Source of the DNA: a virus
Length of the DNA: 64,000 bases
Strand: one strand, 5' to 3'
Virus record (IMG/VR): IMGVR_UViG_3300035696_000014
Location: 32,001-96,000 of that record
Shown here: positions 26,427 through 36,300 of the stretch, one piece after another
Numbering within the stretch: position 1 is the stretch's first letter
Layout of the letters: every line of letters starts with the position of its first letter
Program-made: the position numbers and the translations under genes
The notes under the pieces: generated by a model
What the model was told of the DNA's origin: nothing
Databases searched by the model: none
Seen by the model: the letters and a program-made list of their open reading frames with translations, nothing else

Positions 26427-29414
26427 TCAGGTGCTGGGGGCGCCCGGGACCGATGCGGCCAGGTTCGAGATGAAGTCCTGGATGCTGACTGGGTGCTCGA
26501 AGACGCCGTAGGCATCGGCGAAGGCAAAGACCCACTGGGTCTCGAACTTGCCGGGCCCGATGGTGTGGGTCAGGCCACCGATGCAGGTGTAGAGGTTGTC
26601 CAGCGAGGTGCCCGTCTGGAAGTCGATGAAGTACTTTTGGGCGACCATCGCAAGCGGGTTGCCGAGGGAGGTCAGGTTGAGGGTCGCCGGGACCACGCGC
26701 AGAGGGATGCCCATCCCGAAGCCTGAGCCGTTCGGGTGACCAGCGTTGTCCTGCGTCATCGTCGCCAGCATGTTGTTGGTCGACATCAATGGGTCCGCGT
26801 GCGACTGCAACGCTGCGTTGGTGACGGTCGAGCCGTTGCAACCGTAGCGGATGGTCGGGACCATCTTCGAGGCGATGTCCTTGATCTGCTGGTTGTTGGG
26901 CGGGTCAGTGAACTTCAGCAGGCCCGTCGCATCATCGTAGGTGGCGGGTGAGCCGTCGCCCGAGATGTTGTTGATGGCCTGTGCCAGTTGCTGGTTGTAC
27001 TTGGCCGCGTCTGCCGACGACATCTGGGCAGTGTCGGTCGCCGGAGCCTGGATGTAGCCCAGGCCCGTGGTGTCACGGAGCAGCAGGCCCACGGGCTTGT
27101 ACGGGTTCGTCACCTCGTCGTAGATGTGGATCCGCATGATGCGCTTGGACGCCATCGATTGGGCGCCAGCCGGTGCCTGGGTGTCGGCGTTGATGGCCGA
27201 GTAGGTGATGTAGTTCAGGATGTCAGCCTGGCCCGCGTCGGACGAACGCTGGTGCGAGACCTCGATGTACATCTTGACAGCGGGCTTCTGGAACGCACCG
27301 TACTTCGCCTGCCACTGGCCCATGAAGGAGTTCTTGCTGCCCGAATTGTCGACCTGCTTCGCCTCCGGGTTCTTCGGGTCCCAGGGCTTGTAGCCGGGCC
27401 GCATGCCGTAGCCGATGGCTCGCTCGTCCAGGATCTGGGCGTCGATGATGAGGGACAGGAAGTCCTCCAGCGTCATCCGCTCGCCACCCGTCCTAACGAC
27501 GTGGTCGCGGTACTGGTCCAGGAACATCTGCATGTCGATCGGGAACGCCGCGATGGACTGGCTGCTGATGGGCCCGCACTGCTCGTTGATCGGGTAGAAG
27601 AAGACCTGCAGCTCGTCGACGGTGTCGGCGCTGATCAGGTTCCTCATCGCAAAGACAGTGAAGATCTTGCCGAAGGACACCGCGGTCTTCCGGAACGTGG
27701 AGCTCGATGGGCTCTTGGGGGCCTGGTTGTACTGCGCCAGGGCCTGGCTCAGGTCCGAGGCGATCGTCGACTGGTTGACACCCGACTTCACTGCGTCTGG
27801 CAGGAACGGGTCAGGGCCGGTGATGCATTCCGTGAACATCGCCAGCACCGTGTCCGTCACCCGTGAGGCCAGGTTGTCGGGCAGGTTCATCTTGGTCGTC
27901 GCGTCGGTCTTGCTGTTCTTGTAGTAGTCGGTCAGCGTGGTGATCAACGTGTTGACGTCAGCAGAGTTGATGCCCTTGGTGTGGAGCAGGATGTTGCGGA
28001 GCTGCGTCACGCCCGACAGGATGTCGCTGATGTTCGAGATGTTGGTCGGCATCACGCCCTGCTCAGCTGCATCCAGCACCTGGAACGCTCGGATGTCCTT
28101 GTTGAGGCCGAGGATCGAGTTGCTGCCGTCGGTCGGGCTCAGGTTGTAGTCACGGCGGAACTTGGCGATCAGCTCGCCCACCTTGCGCAGGCTCTGGAAC
28201 TGGAACTGCAGGTCGTTGGAGTTGTCGCTGATCTTCGACGTCCGCATCTCGTTGACGCCCTTGGTGTAGAGCTGCAACGTCACCGTCATCTGCCCCACCT
28301 GGTCGAAGGAGAAGTGGCTGTTCTGGACGCCGTAGGCCTCCCGCACCAGCATGTTGTTGTTGACGAAGTCGAAGTACGGGTTGTCACCGGGCCGGACGGG
28401 CGCTCGCCAGCCGTAGGTCAGCCAGACGGTGACAGTCGGGTACAGGTCGGGCTTGATCAGCTCCGCCATCTCGCTGATGCGGCCCCTGTCATGGATCTTG
28501 ATCTGCACCTCAGCGGTGCGGTAGGTGTAGCAGCCCGCCTTCTGACCGACGGTCTTGATCGTCGCGTGTTCCAGGGTGGCGAAGGGCCGGAACGGATCGA
28601 TGACGTCGGTGTACCTGACGCCGCTTGAGCCCACCGACTGGTTGGGTTGCGGGTTCAGCATCGTCTGGGTCGCCGTGAACATCTCCATGCCCGAGTAGTC
28701 GATCTCGTCGACGGGCGGGCCGCCGTCAGTGGGAGACGAGCCTCCCGTCTGGTGGGCGCTGATCATGGCATCGTTGGGGGTCTTCGGGCTCGCAGCGCCC
28801 GTGGTGTCGACGGCGCCCAACAGGAACTTCAGGAGGCCGGGAGCCTGCAACGTGTTCTGGCTCGACCGGGTCTGGACGAACTCTACCTGCAGGAAGGGTA
28901 CCAGCTGGGCCAGCACGGTGCTGGGCATCGAGTTGAGGAAGATCTCGGCCTGTCGCACGTTGCGGGTCGACGGGCTGAAGAAGGGCGACCTGCTGACGAT
29001 CATCGACACGTCGAGCGGGTTGACGGTCGTCGGGGCAGGGAAGTCCTTGCCGACGATCTCGTAGATGCTGGCGATCTGCTGCGGGCTGCCCGTCGGGTCA
29101 GCGTACGTCAGCGATGCTTTCACGTTGCTGCCCAGGCTGGTGACGAAGCCCTGGGTGCTGTAGAAGTCGATGTACTGCGACGGATCGAAGTTCGAGCTGC
29201 CGTTGGACGCTTGTGACAGCATGTCCAGGCGGCTCTTCAGGTCGGCCGCGGTGTAGACGCCACGACCGGTGTTCGCCAGCAGGTCCTGCAGGATGCTGAA
29301 CGCGTCCTGGTACTGGACGTTAGGGTCTTGGCCCAGGTTGGGCGCCGGGGTGCCGACCATGTCAGCCGGAGTGAACTGGGTGAAGACGCCGTCGAGTGTG
29401 GTGAAGTCAGGCAT
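26427..29414 (-). CDS. Putative baseplate hub protein (gp27/late control D-like)
   Basis: Position after LysM gene; LTYGW and C-terminal LTHTIGPGKFETQ patterns. Confidence 0.55.
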   Translation of the reverse strand: MPDFTTLDGVFTQFTPADMVGTPAPNLGQDPNVQYQDAFSILQDLLANTGRGVYTAADLKSRLDMLSQASNGSSNFDPSQYIDFYSTQGFVTSLGSNVKASLTYADPTGSPQQIASIYEIVGKDFPAPTTVNPLDVSMIVSRSPFFSPSTRNVRQAEIFLNSMPSTVLAQLVPFLQVEFVQTRSSQNTLQAPGLLKFLLGAVDTTGAASPKTPNDAMISAHQTGGSSPTDGGPPVDEIDYSGMEMFTATQTMLNPQPNQSVGSSGVRYTDVIDPFRPFATLEHATIKTVGQKAGCYTYRTAEVQIKIHDRGRISEMAELIKPDLYPTVTVWLTYGWRAPVRPGDNPYFDFVNNNMLVREAYGVQNSHFSFDQVGQMTVTLQLYTKGVNEMRTSKISDNSNDLQFQFQSLRKVGELIAKFRRDYNLSPTDGSNSILGLNKDIRAFQVLDAAEQGVMPTNISNISDILSGVTQLRNILLHTKGINSADVNTLITTLTDYYKNSKTDATTKMNLPDNLASRVTDTVLAMFTECITGPDPFLPDAVKSGVNQSTIASDLSQALAQYNQAPKSPSSSTFRKTAVSFGKIFTVFAMRNLISADTVDELQVFFYPINEQCGPISSQSIAAFPIDMQMFLDQYRDHVVRTGGERMTLEDFLSLIIDAQILDERAIGYGMRPGYKPWDPKNPEAKQVDNSGSKNSFMGQWQAKYGAFQKPAVKMYIEVSHQRSSDAGQADILNYITYSAINADTQAPAGAQSMASKRIMRIHIYDEVTNPYKPVGLLLRDTTGLGYIQAPATDTAQMSSADAAKYNQQLAQAINNISGDGSPATYDDATGLLKFTDPPNNQQIKDIASKMVPTIRYGCNGSTVTNAALQSHADPLMSTNNMLATMTQDNAGHPNGSGFGMGIPLRVVPATLNLTSLGNPLAMVAQKYFIDFQTGTSLDNLYTCIGGLTHTIGPGKFETQWVFAFADAYGVFEHPVSIQDFISNLAASVPGAPST

Positions 29415-29417
29415 GCG

Positions 29418-29711
29418 TCACCCCACCAGCGACGCCACGTCACGCAGCGCCGGGACCTTGATGATGGTGCCGGGCGGCACCTGCAGCCCCCAACCGATGT
29501 TGCTGGCAGCAGCCAGGATCCACCAGTAGCGAGCGTCACCGTAGATGGCACCAGCCATGGTGTCCAGCCGCTCGCGGCCGCGGAGGACGAACGACTTGGT
29601 CTGCATCGACCCGTTCGCGATCGCTGCCTGGATCGCCTCCCGCGCGCGGCCCGTTCCACGGAGAGCTCCGTAGTTGAGGATGGGGGTCCTAGCGTAGCGT
29701 GAGAAGGGCAT
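29418..29711 (-). CDS. LysM/gpX-like baseplate wedge protein (gp53-like)
   Basis: ERLDTMAGAIYGDARYWWILAAASN...VPPGTIIKVP. Confidence 0.85.
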   Translation of the reverse strand: MPFSRYARTPILNYGALRGTGRAREAIQAAIANGSMQTKSFVLRGRERLDTMAGAIYGDARYWWILAAASNIGWGLQVPPGTIIKVPALRDVASLVG

Positions 29712-29718
29712 GGTTCAC

Positions 29719-32700
29719 TCAGGAAGAAGCGGGCGGGATGGGGGTCTGGCTCATGAAGCCGACCGGGTAGACCGGAGCGCGGTTGAAGCCGAGGTGGTCG
29801 ATGCCTGGGCTGATGTCGTGGACCGGTGCGAAGCCGATGGTGACGCGGCACATCTTGGGAGCGGTGCGGTTGAGGTCCGTCTCCCAGGTGACGTTGTCGT
29901 ACCAGTCGAAGTTCATCGACTCGATGAAGCCCGCCAGGCCCTTGCCACCGGTGTCAGCGAACGCCTTGGCGACCGCGTTCGGGTTCTGTGCCGTCGGGTT
30001 GGTGAAGGCGTCCAACGCAGTGACGAACGGAGCGACCGAGTCCTGGTAGACCTGGTTCTGGATCTGCGTCTGGGTCGTCAGGGTCGGTGTCAACGCGGTG
30101 GGCGGGATGACGTAGGTGCCGCCGATGGTCGGGCCCAACGGGTCGTTCGGGTCGTTGAGACGGTTCATGGCGCTGCTGATCAGCGGCACCAGCACGTCCT
30201 GATCGCCCGGTTCAGTGTTGAACTGCACCTGGCCCAGGATGTTGCCGCTGTCGTCGACGCCCGTTGCCTTGATTGTCAGCAGGCTGCCTCCTGCCACGCC
30301 ACCAGCGGAAGCGATGCCCGGGTTGAACTGCGCCGCGTTGGTGGGTGCTCCGCCGCCGCTGCTGACACCAGGGATGGGAGGTGCAGGAACGCTGAGGCCC
30401 AAGCCACCCGCTTGCGGAGGCGCCAGGTTGTACCAGCCGTCGGCAACGTAGTACGTCTCGCCGTTCGGGTGAGCCAGCGCGTTGGCCAGGCCCATGTCGT
30501 AGCTGTTGAGGATGCTCTGGTCGTAGGTGCTCTGGTTGACGAAAGACTGGCCGTCGACCTGGAAGTTTGGGTTACCCGCGCCGAAGAGCCGGGCCAGGTT
30601 GAACTGCGAGTAGTTGCTCTTCAACAGGTCACCCAACCGGATGCGGATCAGCGGGCTGGCGCCGATGAGCTGGCTGAAGGGCTGGGTGAAGACGTACTGG
30701 CCCGTCGCATCGCTGAGCTGCAGGCCCTGGGTGTACTGCGGGTAGACCAGCGTCACCAGCTTGTTGATCTTCAGCCACATCTCGTCGAAGTCGTTCTTGG
30801 ACGTCGCAGCGATCATGAAAGACAGGTTGATGCGACGTTCAGTCGACTTGTAGACGCGGACCGGGTCGACACGGCCGTAGCCGTCGGTCTTTTCGTAGGC
30901 CGCAGTGTAGTCATCGGTCAGCGACGTCAGGAAGGCATGGAAGCCCAGGAGCTCGTTGGTCCGCAGGTCGTGGAAGGAGAAGGGCACGTACTCGGCATCG
31001 AGCAGCGTCTCCATCCTCGACACCTCAGACGACGGCAGGCGGCCGCCCATGTCCGGGGTGGTGACGTACTTCTGCGTCTTGGTCAGGTCACCGTCAGACA
31101 ACGTGGCGTACGGGTTGAACTGGCCCATCCTGACCGCACCGGCCAGGCCCAGGATCGTCGAGGGCAGCAGGTACTCCGTCGGAGCCCGGTTCGATGCCCA
31201 CGCCAGCTTCAGGCTGCCCTGCAGGCGGTTCTTGTTGACGCCGCTGGCGTTGTCGTTGGTGATGGCGTCCATCTGCGACGTACGAGGGGTCGGACCCGTG
31301 TTGTCGACGTAGCTCTTGTTCAGGGTCAGGATCTGGTCGCCCAGCATCGCCCAGATGTTGATGGCAGCGACCACCTTCGACGACCTGATGGTGTCGATCA
31401 TCGACAGGATGGCGTTGATGACGTTCATCGGGTTGCCGCCGATCTTGGACAGCGACTGGCCGATGATGACGAAGCCCCTGATGATGGTCCTCGACACGGT
31501 GACCAGGTAGCCTGGTGAGTCGGTCGACGAGCTCGGGCCCAGGCTGAAGCCGATGCTGAAGCCCCCGCCGGAGGGCTGGGGCAGGCCGTAGAACGCGGCG
31601 AGCCCCGAGTTCATCGCGGTCTGCAACGGGTACACCGTCGGGTTGATGCCCAGCAACGCCCCGAAGTTGAGCGAAGCCAGGGCGCTGATGGCACCCAGGG
31701 GACCGCCGCTGGTCGAAGCGTTGGGCGGCTTGCTGGTCGGGAAGTACTGGCCCAGGGTGTAGCGGCCCTGGCTGTCCTTCATCGCCGTCTTCGTCTGCGG
31801 CGTCACCATGCCCAGCAGGATCGCCAGCAGGCCGATGATGACCTGGACCGCGGCGACCAGTGCCAGCATCAGGGTCAGCATGCCCAGGGCGTCGGTGCCG
31901 TCGAACGGGTCGTTGACGTCGTTGAGCTGGCCCCATGACTGGGTGCCGATGCTGAGGGTCGTCGCAGAACCGGTGACGTCATCGCTGGTCAGGCTCGTCA
32001 GGATGTCCTTGGCCTGCAGAACGTGTTGGTCGATCGTCGCTGCACCCAGCTGTGCGAAGCCGGGCAGCAACGCTGCCGCTTCCAGGCCCGCTGAGTTCGG
32101 GTCAGCGCCCGCTGAGGTGGCGCCCAGGGTCGTCGTTGCCCGGAGGCCCAACAACGGGCCGATGGTGGCCAGGCGGCCGACGGTGTAGGTCTGCGCGTTC
32201 GGGTCCCACTCGCCCAGCTTGCTCTGCACCGACAACGCGGGGTCGTAGTTGGTCCCGGGGTCGCTGACGTCGGTCACCTGAGCGAACGCCGCCGCAGCGC
32301 TGGTGAAGCGGTTGTTGGCCAGCACCGCGCTGGTGTACGGGTTGATGATCTTGGCCGAGGTGTCAGCGTGGCCGGGCAAGGGAGCCTTGGTCGCCGGTGC
32401 ATCGCCCGTCAGGTTGCTCGGGTTGCTGGAGACTGACGTCGAGGTGCCGGTGACGCCCGCGAGCAGGTCGTTGCCGTCGACCCCGCTGCTCGCTGCGATG
32501 CCCTTCTTGATCAGCGACTGGATCGTTGGGTACTGCGCCGACGGGTAGTCGAAGTTCGCCTCAGCGTTGCCAGCGAACGTGGCTGGATTCTGCGGCGGGG
32601 ACTCCAACGGCGAAGGGTTGCCCTTCGAATCGACAAGGGAAGTCACCTTGTCGGTGGTGCCGTCGCCGACCGGGTACCTGTTGGGCAGCGGCGGTGCCTG

Positions 32701-33042
32701 TCCCGGGCCCGCGCCCTCTTGGCCCATCGTCAGCCGCGACAGATACTGTGCCAGCGTCGTCAGCGTGGCAGGCTTGATGTCGAGCGGGTTGCCGTTCTGG
32801 TCAGTGAACGCTGCCGACACGTCGACGCCCTGCTTGTAGTTGCCCTGACTACCGCCAGAGCCACCAGAGCCCGTGTCATAGGTGAACTTCTGGGGAGCAC
32901 CGTTGCCAGGCACCGTCAGCGGGAAGCCGTTGTCACCCGTGTTGAGGCCCGACCCTGCGTTGGGCGCGGCGTTGGGCGGCGTCACCTGTGGGGTGATCGT
33001 CGTCGGGGCTCCGCTGTTGACGATGGGCTTCTTGTTCGCCAT
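29719..33042 (-). CDS. Large baseplate protein with tube-initiator (gp48/gp54-like) domain
   Basis: FHAFLTSLTDDY...YGRVDPVRVYKSTERRINLSF, PLIRIRLGDL, GFIESMNF. Confidence 0.65.
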   Translation of the reverse strand: MANKKPIVNSGAPTTITPQVTPPNAAPNAGSGLNTGDNGFPLTVPGNGAPQKFTYDTGSGGSGGSQGNYKQGVDVSAAFTDQNGNPLDIKPATLTTLAQYLSRLTMGQEGAGPGQAPPLPNRYPVGDGTTDKVTSLVDSKGNPSPLESPPQNPATFAGNAEANFDYPSAQYPTIQSLIKKGIAASSGVDGNDLLAGVTGTSTSVSSNPSNLTGDAPATKAPLPGHADTSAKIINPYTSAVLANNRFTSAAAAFAQVTDVSDPGTNYDPALSVQSKLGEWDPNAQTYTVGRLATIGPLLGLRATTTLGATSAGADPNSAGLEAAALLPGFAQLGAATIDQHVLQAKDILTSLTSDDVTGSATTLSIGTQSWGQLNDVNDPFDGTDALGMLTLMLALVAAVQVIIGLLAILLGMVTPQTKTAMKDSQGRYTLGQYFPTSKPPNASTSGGPLGAISALASLNFGALLGINPTVYPLQTAMNSGLAAFYGLPQPSGGGFSIGFSLGPSSSTDSPGYLVTVSRTIIRGFVIIGQSLSKIGGNPMNVINAILSMIDTIRSSKVVAAINIWAMLGDQILTLNKSYVDNTGPTPRTSQMDAITNDNASGVNKNRLQGSLKLAWASNRAPTEYLLPSTILGLAGAVRMGQFNPYATLSDGDLTKTQKYVTTPDMGGRLPSSEVSRMETLLDAEYVPFSFHDLRTNELLGFHAFLTSLTDDYTAAYEKTDGYGRVDPVRVYKSTERRINLSFMIAATSKNDFDEMWLKINKLVTLVYPQYTQGLQLSDATGQYVFTQPFSQLIGASPLIRIRLGDLLKSNYSQFNLARLFGAGNPNFQVDGQSFVNQSTYDQSILNSYDMGLANALAHPNGETYYVADGWYNLAPPQAGGLGLSVPAPPIPGVSSGGGAPTNAAQFNPGIASAGGVAGGSLLTIKATGVDDSGNILGQVQFNTEPGDQDVLVPLISSAMNRLNDPNDPLGPTIGGTYVIPPTALTPTLTTQTQIQNQVYQDSVAPFVTALDAFTNPTAQNPNAVAKAFADTGGKGLAGFIESMNFDWYDNVTWETDLNRTAPKMCRVTIGFAPVHDISPGIDHLGFNRAPVYPVGFMSQTPIPPASS

Positions 33043-33047
33043 GGGAC

Positions 33048-33320
33048 TCAGATCGAGCCAGAAACTGGTGCCTTGCTCGCGTCCTTAAGTACGTCCTGCC
33101 GCTCAGCCAGAGCCCTCCCAAGTTTGATGGGGAACTCCGGGTCCTGCTCCACAGCGTCGGAGAGCTGCTGGAACAGCGGGGTGAAGTTGCCGAGGAACCC
33201 CTCGACGATCCGCTGGATATTCTTCCTCTCCTCGGGCGTCCGGGCACGGCCCAGGGCCTCGCGGTACTGCGGGTTGTCCCTCAACATCTTGAGGACATCG
33301 TTACGGGTGGGGGCGCTCAT
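33048..33320 (-). CDS. Hypothetical protein
   Basis: Coupled to tape measure stop. Confidence 0.65.
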   Translation of the reverse strand: MSAPTRNDVLKMLRDNPQYREALGRARTPEERKNIQRIVEGFLGNFTPLFQQLSDAVEQDPEFPIKLGRALAERQDVLKDASKAPVSGSI

Positions 33321-36300
33321 GACTTGCCTGCCGATGCCGGGATGGCGGGCGGTCCAGCCGGAGTGTAGCTGGTCAGCGGCGCGGACAGCTTGCCGTTCGG
33401 GTCTCGGACCGTCGCAAAGTCGATGCGATCCGCGATGATCGATTGCTTCCTCAGGATCATCACCTTCTCGACCTCCCCAACATCCATTGTAACCTCGACG
33501 TTCAGGGTGATCTGCACTGCCTTGCTCGGGTTGACGGTGTAGGAGGTCTTGCCGCCGAGGCCCACAGCCTGGGCAACCTTCTCCAACCGTGCCTTGACGC
33601 TGACGATGTTGTCGCTGGACGCCAGGGCATCGTTCAGGGCGTTGGCCTGCTCGATCATTGCGCTAATCGCCGTCAGGGCCCCGACGACACCGCCCTTGCC
33701 ACCCTCGCCGCCCTTGATTGCATCAGCCAGGGCCGTCATGTTGTTGCCAAAGGACGCCATGCTGGCGGGGTTGATGGGACCCAGCTGCTTCTGGACGTCG
33801 CTAACGACGCCGAAGCCCGCGACCAGCGTCTTCGTCATGTCCCCCAACGAAGCGGTGTTGATCACCGGTACGTCGCCGCCTCCCTTGAGGTTGTCACCGA
33901 TGGCACGGGTCGCGTCGACCGATGCCTTCAGCACTTCGGCTCCCGCCTTCAGGCCCTCCAGCTGGCTGGCGTCGAGGCCCTTGGTCTGGTCAAGGACGCC
34001 CTTCAGGACGCCCGTCGTCAGCATGGGGAGCAACGTCGAGAGCTTGTCGCCCAGCAGGCCCATCGTCTTGGCCATGGCGTCGGTGTCCAGCTTCTCAACC
34101 TTGCCGCCGAGCAGGTTGAAGCTGCCGACGTTGATGAGGCCGGTGTTGACCGTCGAGGTGAAGGCTTTCATGGTGTCGCCCGACGGGATGATGTTCTTCA
34201 TCACGCTGGAGATGGCCGAGATGAGCTGACCCGCGACAGTGGCCTGCTTGGCCTCCTCTTCGGAGAACGGGATCGCCTTCAGCTGGTTGATGATGTCGAT
34301 GATGCCGCCCTTGCCGCCCTTGTCACCAAGGATCATCGTCATGATGCCGTCACGCATCTTCATCGCGTAGTAGTTGACGTCGGTCGCCAGGTCAGTGAAG
34401 GGCTTGCCACCGCTGAGCTGCACCAGGAAGCTGGAGCCCGCTTCGAAGAACTCAGGGGGCGGCGTCATCGCCGTCATCGCCTGGGACACCGCGGTCATGA
34501 TGGAGCTGAAGACCTGCGCCTTCTCGGCGATGCCCTGGCCCAGTTGCAGCTTCTTGACGCTGTCCAGCACCGTCTCGACGAGGCCGATGATGCCCTTGCC
34601 CCCGCCCTTGTTGCCGATCATGTCGTTGATCAGGCCCCGAGCCGCGGTGACCTTGTCGCTGAAGGACTCTGCCTTGCCGCTCAGCAGCTCGGTGAACGAC
34701 GGCGTCATCAGGCCGATGACCTTCACGATGGTGTCAGCAAAGGCCTGGATCGACTGCATGATCTTGAGGAAGGCGTCGATCTTCCGCTGGAAGTCCGGCG
34801 TCACCTGCATCTCGTTGAGCTCTTTGACGATGCCCATCGCCACGGTGGCCATGCCACCGACAGCAGCGACCAGTACTCCGAAGCCCGCTGCAGCGAGGCC
34901 CAAGACGATGGCCTGGGGACCTGTCACCAGGGCGCCGATGACAGCCGCAGCGGCGATCAGCGGGACCATCGCTAGGAACGTCAGGGACATCTTCAGCATC
35001 ATGTCGCCCGCCGCCGACAGCTCAGCCGGCGTTGCGGCCTTCTTCATCACGTAGGACAGGCCTGCGCCGACGAGGCCCACGATGCCGACCGCGGTCGACA
35101 GCACCAGGCCTCCCAGCAGCATGTCCTTGACGCTGCCCGCCTTGCTGACGATGCGGAGGGCCGCTGCCATCGGGATCGCCGCGACGACCATCGCGCCCAG
35201 CACCATCAGGGGAGCGACCACGTCCTTGGGGCCCATGTCGCCCATGATCTTCTTCATGGCCACGATGGCCAGCGCCATCTCAACGCCACCGATGGCCAAC
35301 GCAGTCGCGATGGCGACTAGCTTGGCACCCAGGGCCACGGCGTCCTTGATGCCCCAGCCCTTGCCGTTCTTGATGGCAGCGTCAGACTCCTTGGTGACAG
35401 CGCTAACCTGCTGCATGCCCTTGGCACCGCCGGTCGCCGCCTGCGCTGCCTCTTCGACCTTCGCGGCCTTGCCGACCAGGCCACCCAGCAGCTTGCCCGC
35501 GCCGGACAGCAGGCCGGGCACCACGATCTTCAGGAGGGTTGAGGTCAGGGCACCCAAGGCGGCACGGCCGAAGGCTGGACCGAACAGCAACGCCGCCAGG
35601 CCACCCAAGACGGGCTTCGCTGCGCCGGCGATGGCGTCCTTGTGCTTCTTCAGCATCTCGACGAACTTCTCGCCCAGCGTCTTGACCAGGTCCCACAGGG
35701 CGGGCGCCATCACCTGCCACGCTTCCTTCAGCGCCGCAACGATGGGCGTCAGGATCTCCTTCATGAAGCCGAGGCCGCCCGCTGCGGCACCGCCGACGGC
35801 GCCCACGCCGGGGATGGGCTCCTTGCCCTGGATCATGTTGGTGATGGAGCGGAAGCCCTCGGCCAGCGACTTGGCGACGAACTTGATGCCCTCCGCGGCG
35901 AACTTGGCGGCGAAGCGGAAGAACTTCTTGAAGCCGTCGAGCAGCTGCTTGGCACCCGCGCCCTCAGCGTTGAAGAAGTTCTTGAAGGTGTCCTTCAGGC
36001 CCGCCACCAGCGCCGGGATCGATCCCTTGACCGGATGCTTCGGGTCGTCGCCCTTGCCGAAGAACTTCTCGACGACCTTCCTGACGCCGTCGAACAGGCT
36101 GGTGATCTTCTTGGGGTCGAACAGCTTGTTGAGGGCGACGCCGATGTCCTTCAGGCCCGGCACGATCTCGACCAGGGCACGGCCCAGCTGGACGCCGATC
36201 ATGAAGACCTGGCGCAGGGCGATGCGGATCTTGTACATGATGCCGACGAACTCCTTCGACGACATGATGCCCTGTCCGATGCCCTTGACGAACATCTTCC

